Below are positions 52,306 to 64,000 of a stretch of 64,000 nucleotides of DNA, piece by piece. The DNA comes from an uncultured delta proteobacterium (lineage in GTDB: Bacteria; Desulfobacterota; Binatia; UBA9968). The notes under the pieces were generated by a model that saw only the letters and a program-made list of their open reading frames with translations, made no database searches and was not told the origin of the DNA. Made by a program: the position numbers and the translations under genes. Location: positions 168,601-232,600 of the forward strand of contig CAVSHR010000003.1 in the NCBI GenBank assembly GCA_963727625.1, read 5' to 3'. How positions within the stretch are numbered: the stretch's first letter is position 1; each line of letters begins with the position of its first letter.

Positions 52306-54765
52306 ATGAACAATGTAACGCGGCTGGTTTCCCGGCGCGATGTGGAGGCGATTGAATGGGCAAAGGAACTACGCAATACCGAGGTGTGGTTTCATAGCGA
52401 ACGGTTTCGCGATATCACGCGTTTGCATACGCCCTATGAAGTCGTCGCCTTGCGCGGCAGCTTGGCGGAAGATTACACGGTCGCAAGACAGTCATCGGTT
52501 AAGCTGTTCGATTACCTTCAGCGGCTCCTCAAAGAGAAGAAACAAGAAACGACCTACGGGCCGTTTTCGTCCACCGGAGCGGTCAGGGCGGTGATGGAAG
52601 GGATCAAGGTGCTCTATCTCGGCGGGTGGGCGACTTCGGCGAAGGGCTCGGACTCGGAGGATCCCGGCGCCGACCTGGCGAATTACGCGCTGGATCGCGT
52701 TCCTAAAGAAGGAGCTTCATGGGTGCGCGCCTTGCTGCACCAGGACGAAGTCCAAAAGTCTTCGCGCCTGCGCATGACCTCGGCGCAAAGAAAGAAAAAT
52801 CCCGCGGTTGAATTCAGTCCGCCCATGATCATTCCCGACGGCGACACGGGACATGGCGGTGAGCATCATGTCCGCAATCTCGTCAAAAAATTTGTCGAGG
52901 GCAAGATTGGTGCGATCCACATTGAAGATCAGCGGTCGGGCTGCAAGGTGTGCGGCCACCAAGGACAGAAAGTGTTGGTCTCCACCGCCGAGATGATCTC
53001 CCGGCTGAATGCCGCGCGGCTGCAGTACGACATCATGCGCGTGCCAGGAATAATCGTTGCACGCACCGATTCCCATGACGCGACGGCCATCGATAGCGTG
53101 GACGATCAGCGCGATCATCCGTTTGTTTACGGCGCGACCAATTCGCGGATTGTCCCGTTCAAAAACGTCAGTTTGGCGGTCATCCGGAAATTTTACCAGG
53201 CGGGCTTCAAGGAAATAAACGGTCATCTGCTGCACCATATTTCAGACCAGGCCTACAAATTCGCGGAGGAGTGGTTGCGTCAAGAACGTCTCAGCGACCG
53301 GATTAATGAAGGTATAGCGAAAATCACCAAAGAGAGTGACGCGCTCAAGAAGTTGCGCCGGGGACTTCGGCGGCAAGATTCCAGCCAGCGGGATTTTCGC
53401 GAGCAGTCGGCGGTGTCCGAACTTACGATCAAAAAAATTACTGAGGAAACGCTCGATAGCGTTATGGCGGCAGTCCGCCAGGCGTGGGCGGAAAAGGCCG
53501 GGCTCAAGACCTACGCTGAAGCCGTGGCTGATGCCCTGGCGAGCCGCGCTCAAACCCGGGCCAAGCTCGGCTTGACGGTGGAGCGCTGGAAAACTTTTGC
53601 CCGCAGCGTGTCCCTTGCCGAAGCACGCGAGCGCGCGGCCTCCATGGGCATGGAGATTTTTTGGGATTGGGACTTGCCGCGGACGGCGGAAGGGTTTTAC
53701 CCGATTACCGGCGGGCACGATATGGCGATCCAAAGAGGATTGGCGACGGCTCCTTTTGCTGATCTGCTTTGGCGCGAGACCGCCAAGCCGGATTTAGTGG
53801 ATGACAAGCTCTGGGCCGATGCCGTCCATGCGGTGTTTCCGCAGAAAATGCTCGCTTACAACCTGTCGCCCTCGTGGAACTGGGACGCCTGGGGATTTAC
53901 CGACGACCAAATCCGCGGCTTCGCCAATGAGCTGGGCAAAATGGGCTATGTCTTCAACTTTATCACCTATGGCGGCCACCAAACCGAAGCGTTGATGAAT
54001 GGGCGGTTGGCGCGGGCGCTTAAAGAAGAAGGCGTGCTCGGTTTCGTGCGGCTGGTTCAGCGCGCTCTTCGCTTAGCCAACGATCCGGCGCAGTATCCCC
54101 AGACTTTTGTCGGCGGCGAGTGGGCGGATCGCTTCCGGCGTGCGGCTCGCGGTCCGTCGCTCACCACGTCGTCAATGGGCGGGAAGTCGACGGAGACACA
54201 GCATCGAAAAACGGTAGAGGTGCCGACGAGCGTACTCGAAAGGTGGCTGCGCATCTGGACCGATCATTGGAACAAAAAAGGGCTCTATGACCAAGGGGGA
54301 CTTAGCGTCGAGCTCAAAGAACACTGGGCCGGCGCCGAGGAGATGATGCTCAATGTTTTCGACGGCGCAAGCGACAAGATCGCTGAAATCATCTTTCGGG
54401 TCGATAAAGACCGGGAAGGACGAAAATTTCTCGCCGTCAAAGATCAGAATACGATTAGAAAGTATCGCAACCGCAGGCTCATGTCGCTGATGCATTTCTT
54501 TCTCCTGCACCGATACAAAACCGATCTGGTCCACTATGTGACGCCGAGTGTCGATAATCGCCTGTCGGTCCAGCGGATGATTCACAACGGCGTGTTCAGA
54601 TCGGCAAGAACCGATGATCCGAACATCATCGCCATCGAAGTCGATACCGCGCGGGCGCCAAAGATTTTCGCTAACGACGAATCGATCAAACGGTTCATCG
54701 CAAAACCGTTGGCATCGTCCGCAGGCCGCACTGCCGCCGTGCCCGTGCGCGCCACTGCGGGGTAG
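52306..54765 (+). CDS. aceA: Long ICL2-type isocitrate lyase with a C-terminal extra domain
   Basis: [42 protein letters not shown]; C-terminus KDQN..RNRRLM..HYVTP as in mycobacterial ICL2. Confidence 0.88.
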   Translation: MNNVTRLVSRRDVEAIEWAKELRNTEVWFHSERFRDITRLHTPYEVVALRGSLAEDYTVARQSSVKLFDYLQRLLKEKKQETTYGPFSSTGAVRAVMEGIKVLYLGGWATSAKGSDSEDPGADLANYALDRVPKEGASWVRALLHQDEVQKSSRLRMTSAQRKKNPAVEFSPPMIIPDGDTGHGGEHHVRNLVKKFVEGKIGAIHIEDQRSGCKVCGHQGQKVLVSTAEMISRLNAARLQYDIMRVPGIIVARTDSHDATAIDSVDDQRDHPFVYGATNSRIVPFKNVSLAVIRKFYQAGFKEINGHLLHHISDQAYKFAEEWLRQERLSDRINEGIAKITKESDALKKLRRGLRRQDSSQRDFREQSAVSELTIKKITEETLDSVMAAVRQAWAEKAGLKTYAEAVADALASRAQTRAKLGLTVERWKTFARSVSLAEARERAASMGMEIFWDWDLPRTAEGFYPITGGHDMAIQRGLATAPFADLLWRETAKPDLVDDKLWADAVHAVFPQKMLAYNLSPSWNWDAWGFTDDQIRGFANELGKMGYVFNFITYGGHQTEALMNGRLARALKEEGVLGFVRLVQRALRLANDPAQYPQTFVGGEWADRFRRAARGPSLTTSSMGGKSTETQHRKTVEVPTSVLERWLRIWTDHWNKKGLYDQGGLSVELKEHWAGAEEMMLNVFDGASDKIAEIIFRVDKDREGRKFLAVKDQNTIRKYRNRRLMSLMHFFLLHRYKTDLVHYVTPSVDNRLSVQRMIHNGVFRSARTDDPNIIAIEVDTARAPKIFANDESIKRFIAKPLASSAGRTAAVPVRATAG

Positions 54766-54784
54766 AATGACAGGGGAACGATCC

Positions 54785-56965
54785 ATGCCGAATCCCGTCG
54801 AACTCGGCGGCTTGCGAATCGATGACAAACTTCATGCCCTGGTCCGAGATGAAATCGCGCCGGGCAGCGGTATCGAGCCCGATGGGTTCTGGATTGGCCT
54901 GAGCAAAATCGTTCACGATCTGGCTCCCAAGAATCGCACTTTGCTTGAGAAGCGCGATACGCTGCAGCGCCGAATCGACTCCTGGTGTCTCAGTCATCGC
55001 GGCCAGGCTTTCAATGTTGCTGAGTCTCAGCGGTTTCTCGAAGAGATCGGCTACTTAGTTCGAGAAGGTGAAAACTTTCAGGTGGCGACGGAAAGCGTCG
55101 ATCGCGAAATCGCCGAAGTGTCCGGCCCCCAACTGGTGGTTCCTCTCGACAACGCGCGCTACGCTCTCAACGCCGCCAATGCCCGCTGGGGGAGTTTATA
55201 CGACGCTCTCTATGGCACGGATGTCATCGCCGAGGATGATCGTGCCGAGAGGGGTGAAACTTACAATCCGGTGCGCGGCGCGAAGGTCATCGCCAAAGCT
55301 GAAGCTTTTCTTGACGGCGCCATGGGTCTTGAATTCGGGAGATTTTCCGACGTCGTGCGATTTTCCCTCAGGGACGGCAGCGGCGCCACACAATTGATTG
55401 CGACGCTCAAGGACGGGCGTGAAGTGGGTTTGGCCGATACTGGAAAATTCGCCGGCTACGCGCTCAAGCAAGGCGAGCTATCGAGTATTCTTTTCAAGAA
55501 CCATGAACTGCACGTAGAGATTCAAATTGACCGCGACCATCCCATCGGCAAGCTTCATCCCGCCGGTGTAAAGGATGTCATCCTTGAGGCGGCGGTAACG
55601 ACGATTCAGGACTGCGAAGACTCGGTGGCCGCGGTGGACGCCGCCGACAAAGTGAGAATCTACCGAAACTGGAACGGCATCATGCGCGGCACGTTGGAGA
55701 CCGCTTTTGAGAAAAACGGGCGCCCGATCGCGCGTAGGTTAAACTCGGATCGAAACTTCATCGCGCCAAACGGCCGAAGCCTGACGCTGCCGGGGAGAAG
55801 TCTGATGCTCGTGCGCCACGTGGGCATCCACATGTATACCGGTGCGGTGACCACAGCCGGCGGCGAGGAAATTCCTGAAGGCTTCCTTGACGCCATGGTG
55901 ACGGCGCTTGCGGCTTTGCACGATCTCAACCATACCGGAGCGCTAAGCAACAGCCGCGCCGAAAGCGTCTATGTCGTCAAGCCCAAGCTGCACGGCCCGG
56001 CGGAAGTCGCGGCGACGGTGGAATTATTCGCCAGGGTGGAAGGCGCCCTCGGCATGAAACGCAATACCCTGAAGATCGGCATTATGGATGAAGAGCGCCG
56101 GCTTACGGTCAATTTGAAAGAGTCGATCCGCGCCGCCCGGGAGCGGATCGTGTTCATCAATACCGGATTTCTCGACCGCACCGGCGATGAGATCCACACC
56201 AGCATGGAGTTGGGCGCAATGCTGCCCAAGATGGAAATCAAAAACCAGCCATGGCTCAGCACCTACGAGGATTGGAACGTCAATATCGGGATCGAGACCG
56301 GACTGGTCGGAAGGGCGCAGATCGGCAAAGGCATGTGGACCATGCCCGACGAAATGCGCAAGATGGTTGAAACCAAAGCCGCGCATCCTCATGCCGGCGC
56401 TAATACCGCTTGGGTACCCTCGCCGACGGCGGCGACGCTTCATGCGCTGCACTATCATCAAGTGAATGTGGCAAAGCGCCAGGCCGAACTTGCCCGCCGA
56501 GGCCGGGCAAACCTGGCAGCAATCCTGACTCCGCCCCTGCTCGATCGGACGTTGACCGGCGAAGAGATCCAGAGAGAACTGGATAACAACGCGCAGGGGA
56601 TTCTTGGTTATGTCGTCCGCTGGGTGGATCAAGGCGTCGGCTGCTCCAAGGTGCCGGATATTCACAATGTCGCGTTGATGGAAGACCGGGCGACGCTGCG
56701 GATATCGAGCCAACATATCGCCAATTGGCTGCATCACGGCGTGGTCACCGAGCGGCAGGTGCGAAGGACCTTCGAGCGCATGGCCGCCATCGTCGACGGG
56801 CAGAATAAAGACGATCCTCACTATCGCAGGATGGCGCCTGAGTATGATAAGAGTCTGGCATTCCAGGCCGCGCTCGAATTGGTATTTAAAGGAAGGTCGG
56901 CGTCCAACGGTTACACCGAGCCGGTGCTTCACGCGCGGCGCCGGCAGGTGAAGAAAAACGGATAA
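54785..56965 (+). CDS. glcB: Malate synthase G
   Basis: [51 protein letters not shown]. Confidence 0.95.
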   Translation: MPNPVELGGLRIDDKLHALVRDEIAPGSGIEPDGFWIGLSKIVHDLAPKNRTLLEKRDTLQRRIDSWCLSHRGQAFNVAESQRFLEEIGYLVREGENFQVATESVDREIAEVSGPQLVVPLDNARYALNAANARWGSLYDALYGTDVIAEDDRAERGETYNPVRGAKVIAKAEAFLDGAMGLEFGRFSDVVRFSLRDGSGATQLIATLKDGREVGLADTGKFAGYALKQGELSSILFKNHELHVEIQIDRDHPIGKLHPAGVKDVILEAAVTTIQDCEDSVAAVDAADKVRIYRNWNGIMRGTLETAFEKNGRPIARRLNSDRNFIAPNGRSLTLPGRSLMLVRHVGIHMYTGAVTTAGGEEIPEGFLDAMVTALAALHDLNHTGALSNSRAESVYVVKPKLHGPAEVAATVELFARVEGALGMKRNTLKIGIMDEERRLTVNLKESIRAARERIVFINTGFLDRTGDEIHTSMELGAMLPKMEIKNQPWLSTYEDWNVNIGIETGLVGRAQIGKGMWTMPDEMRKMVETKAAHPHAGANTAWVPSPTAATLHALHYHQVNVAKRQAELARRGRANLAAILTPPLLDRTLTGEEIQRELDNNAQGILGYVVRWVDQGVGCSKVPDIHNVALMEDRATLRISSQHIANWLHHGVVTERQVRRTFERMAAIVDGQNKDDPHYRRMAPEYDKSLAFQAALELVFKGRSASNGYTEPVLHARRRQVKKNG

Positions 56966-56976
56966 GCGAGGACTCT

Positions 56977-57840
56977 ATGCCAAGACCCAAAATCATCGAA
57001 TGGCCGGACCATTCCAAAATCTGCGTTACCTTTATTGTCCCCTGGGAAGTTTGGCCGGAGAATTTCGGCACGCGCGAGTCCTTGCAGCGCCACGGGACGC
57101 ATACGATCCCGCCAGCCAACGCGGTGTTCAAACAAAATCTCGCCGCCGTCACAGAGCGGGAATATGGCGACCGCATCGGCGTCTGGCGCATCATGGATAT
57201 GTTCGACCGACACGGCCTGAAAGTCACCTTCTTGATGAACGGTCTCAAGGTTGAGCAGTTTCCCGAGGAGTGCAAGGAATTCAAAACCCAGGGACATGAA
57301 TTCTCATCGGAAAGCTACGAGCACGAGTATTCTTTCATGTACACGCGCGAGCAGGAACGGCAGTCGATTCAAAAAACCGTCGCCGCCTTCGAAAAGGTTT
57401 TGGGGCAGAAACCGACCGGCTACCTCTCGCCGGGGCATGCCTCGACGCCCCATACTTTGGAATTGGTGGCCGAGGCCGGATTCGTCTGGTGGGCCGATCC
57501 GTTGAATTCGGACAACCCCTACACCGTCGAGTCTAAAGGCAAAAAGGTCGTGGTGGTCCCTTACAATGTGCCGGGCTGCAATGACTATTCGACTTACGGC
57601 GCCGGGCGGACACCGAGAGATTTGCTGCAGATCATGAAGGACCAGTTCGATTATCTCTACTGGGAAGGGGAGCAGGGCGCGCCAAAGTTCTTCGCGTTTA
57701 ACCTGCACCCGTTCGTTTCCGGCGTGCCCTTTCGCACTAAAATCGTCGACGAATTCATCCGCTACGCCAAGGGCTTTCCAAAAGTATGGTTCGCCCGCCG
57801 CGTTGAGATCGCCAACTGGTGTTTAGAAAAAGGCTATTAG
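56977..57840 (+). CDS. Polysaccharide deacetylase family protein (PuuE-like)
   Basis: EYGDRIGVWR, GYLSPG, ND, LHPFVSG, VWFAR. Confidence 0.85.
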   Translation: MPRPKIIEWPDHSKICVTFIVPWEVWPENFGTRESLQRHGTHTIPPANAVFKQNLAAVTEREYGDRIGVWRIMDMFDRHGLKVTFLMNGLKVEQFPEECKEFKTQGHEFSSESYEHEYSFMYTREQERQSIQKTVAAFEKVLGQKPTGYLSPGHASTPHTLELVAEAGFVWWADPLNSDNPYTVESKGKKVVVVPYNVPGCNDYSTYGAGRTPRDLLQIMKDQFDYLYWEGEQGAPKFFAFNLHPFVSGVPFRTKIVDEFIRYAKGFPKVWFARRVEIANWCLEKGY

Positions 57841-57899
57841 GAGCGACAGGGTCGACGGTGGTCAGTACTCAAGTATTGGAAAAAACTGACGGAAAGAAT

Positions 57900-57923
57900 T
57901 GGTCGGGGCGAGTGGTTTTGAAC
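57900..57923 (-). repeat. tRNA-Pro 3'-end remnant (att-like), right copy
   Basis: tggtcggggcgagtggttttgaac, 23/24 identical to 21423-21446. Confidence 0.8.
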
Positions 57924-58349
57924 CACGCCGAAAGACAAAAGGTCAGCAAGTGAAAGACCTTGTAGCTCCTAGTCTTCGCGCCACTTTTGTAGTTTAAGGC
58001 GTTCCGTAAGCCGCCCCGAAACATCCCGCGTTTAGCCCTCCAATTCCCGCAAAAACCGGAACGGTACCCGGTCCCGGCCAGGCCCTTGGGGGCAGGGGTT
58101 CGTGTCGGGCCGCGTAGGTGGTCTGGATCCGGCTAGGGGGTAGAAAGCACTTCTATTCACTTGGTATGTGCCCCGCCTTATACGGCTTAGAACACAATCT
58201 CCGGGATTGACCTGCACGAGGCCTCAGACAAATCTTACAGGATTGAGTCGATGGGGAATTCAGTTCAAACCTACGCTGCCGATGAGCTGAAAGGGAAACG
58301 TCGGCCGGTCAGAATGAGGAGCGTTAATTCACTCTCGCCTTCTTTTGTG

Positions 58350-60650
58350 CTATCCAAGCGGTCGCACGGTATCAAGGTGTTCAGCGATGATCCGACCAAG
58401 TTCGACCACATTTTCATGGACTAGGTCACCGGAATCCTTCGCCGCAAAATGATAGGTGTTCACTTCGCCGCTCCACAAACTCTGCCATGGAATCTTATCT
58501 GATCGGCGGTTACGGGGATGATTCGACTCAAAGATATCAAAGGTTGTCAGCGGCCCAATGAGCGGTTTTCGACTGTAGCCGCGAAGCGCCCTACGGTTCG
58601 CACGAGCGACTTCAAGTTGATGTAATTCTCTAGCCAGCCGCTTCGTCTTGTTGCCATCCGTGAGCGTACCGCCGACGGAAAACGCTTTCCGCATCACATA
58701 ATAGATTCGTTCGCGACCGGGCGTATTACGTAATTCATCGCCGTACAGCTTTACCCGGGAAGACAAAAGATTCACGACGGCGCGGGTTTTATTCCAAAAC
58801 TCAAATTGCCCACCGCTCGCGATCTTGTCGCCTCGATTTTCCCGGTTGCTCGGATCGATCAGTCCGAGATAGGCAACTTTGTTTCCAGCCGCCAACAACT
58901 GGCGCACGATCTCATACGCTACCGTGGCGCCGAAACAAGCGCCAATGATCACATACGAACCCTGGCTTTGCACTGATCTGATTTCTCTAATACACAGCGC
59001 CGCCATCGCTTCGATGCTTTCAAGGGGCGGCTGTAGCCCATCCAAACCAACTGATTGTAGGGCATAGAAGGGTTGATCCTCGCCCAACTCTCCGGCCAAT
59101 GCAGCAAATCCGAGGACGTTCCCGAACACCCCAGGCACGGCGAATATGGATAGCCGGTTTCCCCTAGAGCGCAGAGGAACCAATGAGGTCAATGTTCTCC
59201 GCGTCTCTTGTGGTCGGCCAAAGTGTTCGGCCAATTGTCTAATGGTCGGCGATGTCAATAACAGGCTAAGGGGATATGTCCGGCCAAACTTTTCGTCGAG
59301 CATAGTAAACATCTGAGCGCCTAAAAGTGAGTGGCCTCCAAGCGAGAAAAAATCATCGTCGATGCCAATGGCCGATAGACCAAAAAGCTTTTCCCACACC
59401 GAGCACAATATTTTTTCAACCTCGGTTTGCGGGGCTTGATAGGCCTGTTGGCCGACTCGATTCAACATGTCTGGGTCTGGCAACTTTCGACGATCTACCT
59501 TGCCTGTGCCGATAACAGGGAGCGCATCCAAAAACACATACGCGGAAGGGATCATGAATTCCGGGAAGTGTTGCCGCCAGGACAGTTCTCAATTCTCGAT
59601 CTCCAAGAGGTGGCCGCGATTGTGCTACCAGGTATGCTATCAGACGTTTGTTGCCGTTTGGCTCGTCTTTGCCGACAACCACAGCTTCTCTAACCTTTGG
59701 GCAATTCAATAGCGCCGCTTCGACTTCGGCGACTTCGACGCGATTGCCATTGATTTTTAACTGGAAATCCTTTCGTCCGAGATGCACAAAAGAACCGTCG
59801 ACGCGTTTCTGGCCAAGATCGCCGGTTCGGTATATCCGTTGGGTCGCATCGCTGGAGTCGACTGTGAATTTCGCTTCGGTCAGAGCCGGGTTTCGCCAAT
59901 ACCCAAACGCGAGATATTGACTTTTGACAGCGAATTCACCAATCTCACCCTCCTTTACCGGTTGACCTAGTTCATCAAGCAAGAACACCTCGGAATCAAC
60001 CGTCGGAAATCCAACTGCAACGACATTGTCTTCGTTTGCGGAATGATAACTGACGAAGTTCTGGCAAAATGTCCCGGTTTCATTGCTGCCCAGTCGGTTG
60101 ATGAGGATGCAACTTTCTGAAAAGTGCTGTCTGAACAATTCAACGTCATTTTTGTACAACGGCTCGCCGATCAGCTTTATGAGTCGCACGTGTGGAAAGA
60201 TCTGCTTCTCATTTAGAGTGTGGAGAAGGTAGCGAAATGTTGATGTGACAGAGCTGTAAATCGTTATTTCGTCCTGCTGTAGGCTTCTGATCAGACCTGG
60301 AAATCCAGTTTCCTTAATGTCTATGGGATACACTGAAGCCCCGTTGAGTAGTGCTGTCACCATGTCGCCGCCGCGGGATGCCGGACAGATAAACCGATCT
60401 TCCGGGCAGATGTGAGTCCCAGTAGTCTCGCGCCACAATCTGTGAAGCTCCTTCCGATGGTACTGCATGACACCTTTGGGGTCACCGGTGGAGCCTGATG
60501 TGTAATGGATGCAAACCAGAGACTCGGGAAGAACATCAATTTTTGGATCGTCATCGGGAGCAGACTCAACAGGGGTGCTGATGTCTAAGAATTCCCATGT
60601 ATCTCTGCCTGAAACGCCATTGGCAATACGGTTGACGTCAGCAGGGCCAT
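58350..60650 (-). pseudogene. NRPS-like A-PCP-TE protein, frameshifted near 59560 and truncated at its 5' end
   Basis: YTSGSTGDPKG, YRTGDLG, QLKINGNRVE, FFSLGGHSL, TE motif GACFG. Confidence 0.8.
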
Positions 60651-60669
60651 TACGTATTGCTGTCGGGTT

Positions 60670-61377
60670 CACCGACTCAATTGCCAAGTCGCTGGGTATC
60701 CCGGTCGCCAACGTCGAGCCGGTTGCGCAGCAGTTGTTGTTCTACTTCATCGCCATCGTAGTGCTGGGCATTATCGTGCTGGTCGCGCGGCGGCTGGACA
60801 ACTCCCCGATTGGGCGCGCGTGGACTGCCATCCGCGAGGACGAGATCGCCGCGATTGCGATGGGCGTCCGCTGGTGCGGATGAAGCTGCTGGCGTTCGCG
60901 TCGGGGGCGGCATTCGCCGGAGCGATTGGCGTGCTCTACGCCGCGAAGCAGACGTTCGTCAGCCCGGAGAGCTTCAGCCTGATCCAGTCGATCAGTATCT
61001 TGGCGATGGTGATCGTCGGCGGGATGGGCGGCATCAAGGGCGTGATCCTCGGCGCGATGATCGTGACGCTGCTGAATCTGCAAATCCTCAAGAACGTCTC
61101 GCTGCAAATTAACGCGCTGCGCAATATCGACTACGTGGTGCCGATCATCAATTTCCACATTAGCGATTGGCCCACGCAGCTTGAACCCGCCAAATACGAG
61201 CGCTTGGTCTTCGGCGCGCTGCTGATATTGATGATGATCTTCCGCCCGGAGGGGCTGATGCCGGAGGCGCGCCGCCGGATGGAGATACGCGCGCACGCCG
61301 AGCCGGAGGAACTGGCGCGGCTGGAGGAGCCGGTTGTCGCCGCCGAAGTCGATCCCGAACACCGGAATGAAGGGTAG
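60670..61377 (+). CDS. livM: Branched-chain amino acid ABC permease LivM, 5'-truncated and frameshifted
   Basis: GRAWTAIREDEIAA..MG then KLLAF, VIVGGMG, RPEGL in the next frame. Confidence 0.8.
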   Translation, partial: HRLNCQVAGYPGRQRRAGCAAVVVLLHRHRSAGHYRAGRAAAGQLPDWARVDCHPRGRDRRDCDGRPLVRMKLLAFASGAAFAGAIGVLYAAKQTFVSPESFSLIQSISILAMVIVGGMGGIKGVILGAMIVTLLNLQILKNVSLQINALRNIDYVVPIINFHISDWPTQLEPAKYERLVFGALLILMMIFRPEGLMPEARRRMEIRAHAEPEELARLEEPVVAAEVDPEHRNEG

Positions 61378-61383
61378 GGCGAG

Positions 61384-62182
61384 ATGGCGGAAGCAAGCTG
61401 CTGCTGGAAGTGAAAGATTTGAGTAAAGCCTTCGGCGGGATTCAAGCGGTGCGGAGCGTCAGCATCGGCATCGAGCAGAACAGCATTAGCTCGATCATCG
61501 GTCCAACGGCGCGGGTAAGACAACTTTCTTTAACCTGCTGACCGGCATCTACAAGCCGGACACCGGCGAGATCAACTTCGACGGCAAGTCGCTGATCGGC
61601 TTGCGTCCCGATCAAGTCAACGCGGCAGGAGTCGCGCGGACGTTCCAGAGTATCCGCCTGTTCTCGAACATGACGGTGCTCGAAAACCTGATGGTGGGGA
61701 TGCACTCGCGGCTGGACGTTTCGGTCTGGAAGACGCTGCTGCGCCCGCCGGGATTTCGCCAGCAAGAGGATCGCGTGCGCGAAAAAGCGCGCGATCTGCT
61801 TCATTTCGTCGGGTTGTCGGGAAAGGGTGATGAAGTCAGCCGCAACCTGCCCTATGGCGATCAGCGGCGCGTCGAGATCGCGCGGGCGTTGGCGAGCGAT
61901 CCGAAGCTGATTTTGCTGGACGAGCCGACCGCCGGTATGAACCCCAACGAGAGCGCCGAGGCGATGCTGTTGTTCCGCCGTGTGCGCGATGAGTTAGGGA
62001 TCACGGTCGTGCTGATCGAGCACGACATGCGCGTCGTCATGGGCATCAGCGAGCGCATTAGCGTGCTCGACTACGGCGAAAAACTCGCCGAAGGCACGCC
62101 CGAAGCGATCCGCACCGATCCGCGCGTCGTTCAAGCCTATCTGGGACGGCGAGCGCTCGGCGAGGAGGAAACGGCATCATGA
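61384..62182 (+). CDS. livG: ABC ATPase LivG, with apparent frameshifts at the 5' end
   Basis: IIGPNG.GKTT spread over frames, ARTFQSIRLF, LPYGDQRRVE, LLDEPTAG. Confidence 0.82.
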
Positions 62183-62894
62183 CGGTGCTGCTCGAACTGC
62201 AAAATCTGCACACGTTCTACGGGAAAATTCACGCGCTCAAGGGGATCGATCTGGTCGTCAACGAAGGCGAGATCGTGACGTTGGTTGGCGCGAATGGAGC
62301 GGCAAAAGCACGACGCTGCGGACGATCAGCGGCATGGTTCGCCCGCAGCGCGGCAGCGTGCAGCTCCGGGGACAAGACATCACCGGCAGGAAGGCGCACG
62401 AGGTCGCCGCGCTGGGGATCGGGCACGTCCCCGAAGGGCGGCGGATCTTTCCGCTGCTGACCGTGCTGGAAAATCTTGAGATCGGAGCGTGGAATGTCGA
62501 GAGCAAAGCCGACATCAGCGCCAGCATCGAGCGGGCGTTTGAGTTATTCCCGCGCTTGAAGGAACGCATCGCCCAGAAAGGCGGCACGCTCTCCGGCGGC
62601 GAGCAGCAAATGCTGGCAATCGCGCGCGCCCTGATGAGCGATCCGCACGTCCTCTTGCTCGATGAGCCGTCGATGGGACTCGCGCCGGTGCTGGTCGAGG
62701 CAATTTTCGACATCATCACCCGCATCAATCAAGAAGGCAAAACCGTGCTGCTGGTCGAGCAAAACGCGCTGATGGCGCTGGAGGTCGCGCACCGGGGCTA
62801 CGTACTGCAAACCGGCGTGGTCATGCTCAGCGATGACGCCAAAGTGCTGATGAAGAACGACATGGTGCGGAAAATGTACCTCGGCGAGAACTAA
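62179..62894 (+). CDS. livF: ABC ATPase LivF, frameshift in Walker A
   Basis: GANGA/KST break, VPEGRRIF, LSGGEQQ, DEPSMGLAP. Confidence 0.85.
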
Positions 62895-62916
62895 GGATAG
62901 AAAGTAAAAGATTCAC

Positions 62917-62985
62917 TGCAAAGACGCCAAGACGCAAGTAAGCCCCAATCTTTGCGTCTTTCTTTTCCCTTTGCGGCTTCGCGTT
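62917..62985. repeat. REP-like intergenic inverted repeat
   Basis: gcaaagacgccaagacgcaag ... ctttgcgtcttt ... ctttgcggc. Confidence 0.5.
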
Positions 62986-63038
62986 ACGTTTTTGTCCTTC
63001 TGTAATCATTCCGCAATTAATCCCCGTATAATAGAGCT

Positions 63039-63762
63039 ATGGTTAAACAAGCGAACATCCTCGTAGTCGACGACGAAGCGACCGTGCGTGAAGTCGTCCG
63101 CAAATATCTGGAACACGACGGTTTTCACGTCATTGAGGCGGAAAGCGGGACGCAGGCGCTCGACTGCGTGCGCGATCAGCATCCCGACCTGATCGTGTTG
63201 GACGTGATGCTGCCGGGAGCCGACGGTTTTACGATCACGCGGGCGCTGCGTGATGCCGACGATTACGCGCCGCTCTATGTCGACAACGCGATCCCGATCA
63301 TCCTGCTGACGGCGCGGTCGAGCGAGCTGGACCGGATGCCGGCTTCGAAGTCGGCGCGGACGACTACATCGTCAAGCCGTTCAGCCCCCGTGAGTTGGTC
63401 GCCCGCGTCAAAGCCGTCCTTCGGCGCAGCGCGAACGGTCTGGTCGAAGTGGACGAGAAGCCGACCGCTCAAGCCCTGACGATTGATCCGCGCAGCCGCG
63501 AGGTTCGCGTGCGCGATGCGGTCGTCGTCCTGACCGCCAAAGAATTCGACCTGCTCTGGTTCTTAGCGCGTCATCCGCGACAAGTCTTTTCGCGAGCGCA
63601 GTTGCTCGATCAGATTGGGGTTTTGAGTTTTACGGCGACGAGAGCACCGTCACCGTCCACATTCGGCGATTGCGCGAGAAGGTCGAGGCAAACCCGAGCG
63701 AACCTGTCATCATCCAGACGGTCTGGGGCGTCGGCTACAAGTTTGAACCCCATGACACATGA
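63039..63762 (+). CDS. OmpR-family response regulator, at least 2 frameshifts
   Basis: [39 protein letters not shown] across frames. Confidence 0.85.
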
Positions 63763-64000
63763 AATCGGCTAAACCCACCCTTTATGCGGTTCCCTTGCTG
63801 GCGCTCGGCTTTCTGGTGCTCCTGCTTGGCGGCATCATGATCGCGCTGCCACGAATCGGTGTCGCTGAAGATCTGAGTACGCTGCTGATCGTGATGGCGC
63901 TGATTGGCGTGGCGTCGATTGGCGCGCTACATCGCTTATCGCCTGCGGCTGGCGCGCTGGCTGCGGAGTTTGCGCTGGGCGCTGCTGGTGACGATGGTGC
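63759..64000 (+). CDS. Probable sensor histidine kinase N-terminus (partial)
   Basis: ATGA overlap with the response regulator; two hydrophobic helices. Confidence 0.55.
   Translation, partial: MKSAKPTLYAVPLLALGFLVLLLGGIMIALPRIGVAEDLSTLLIVMALIGVASIGALHRLSPAAGALAAEFALGAAGDDG

Noticed and set aside
60670-63762. Programmed frameshifting or true pseudogenisation of the liv and response regulator genes
   Set aside because: Scattered single-base losses in each gene fit sequencing error better

Overview
High-GC bacterial window; gene style suggests Ca. Binatia/deltaproteobacteria-like, which is an inference. 1-21.4 kb: housekeeping genes (moaA, korAB-like, clpS-clpA, M48 peptidase) plus a decaying chromate-resistance neighbourhood (intact chrA, with chrA, chrB, cytochrome c, GlxA and SDR relics). 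Two tRNA-Pro 3'-end remnants (21423 and 57900, same orientation) bracket a ~36 kb putative island of anaerobic metabolism. It carries: (i) an ATP-dependent class I benzoyl-CoA-reductase-family operon joined to abm-like (2-aminobenzoyl-CoA pathway) beta-oxidation genes, a GNAT, an amidohydrolase, a non-decarboxylating glutaryl-CoA dehydrogenase and a radical SAM protein; (ii) a Tat-exported anammox/Nitrospira-type NXR-like molybdoenzyme operon with an altered active-site loop, a diheme cytochrome c-heme b fusion subunit and an FmdE-MobB fusion; (iii) a heme radical SAM, hemerythrin, TctCAB and a B12 radical SAM; (iv) an ICL2-type glyoxylate shunt. Four of these units have sigma54 -24/-12 motifs. 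After 58 kb a frameshifted A-PCP-TE NRPS-like gene is cut off at ~60.65 kb by a frameshift-rich liv/two-component segment that looks like a chimeric, low-quality assembly end. All family calls come from motif recognition and recalled sequences; no searches were run.
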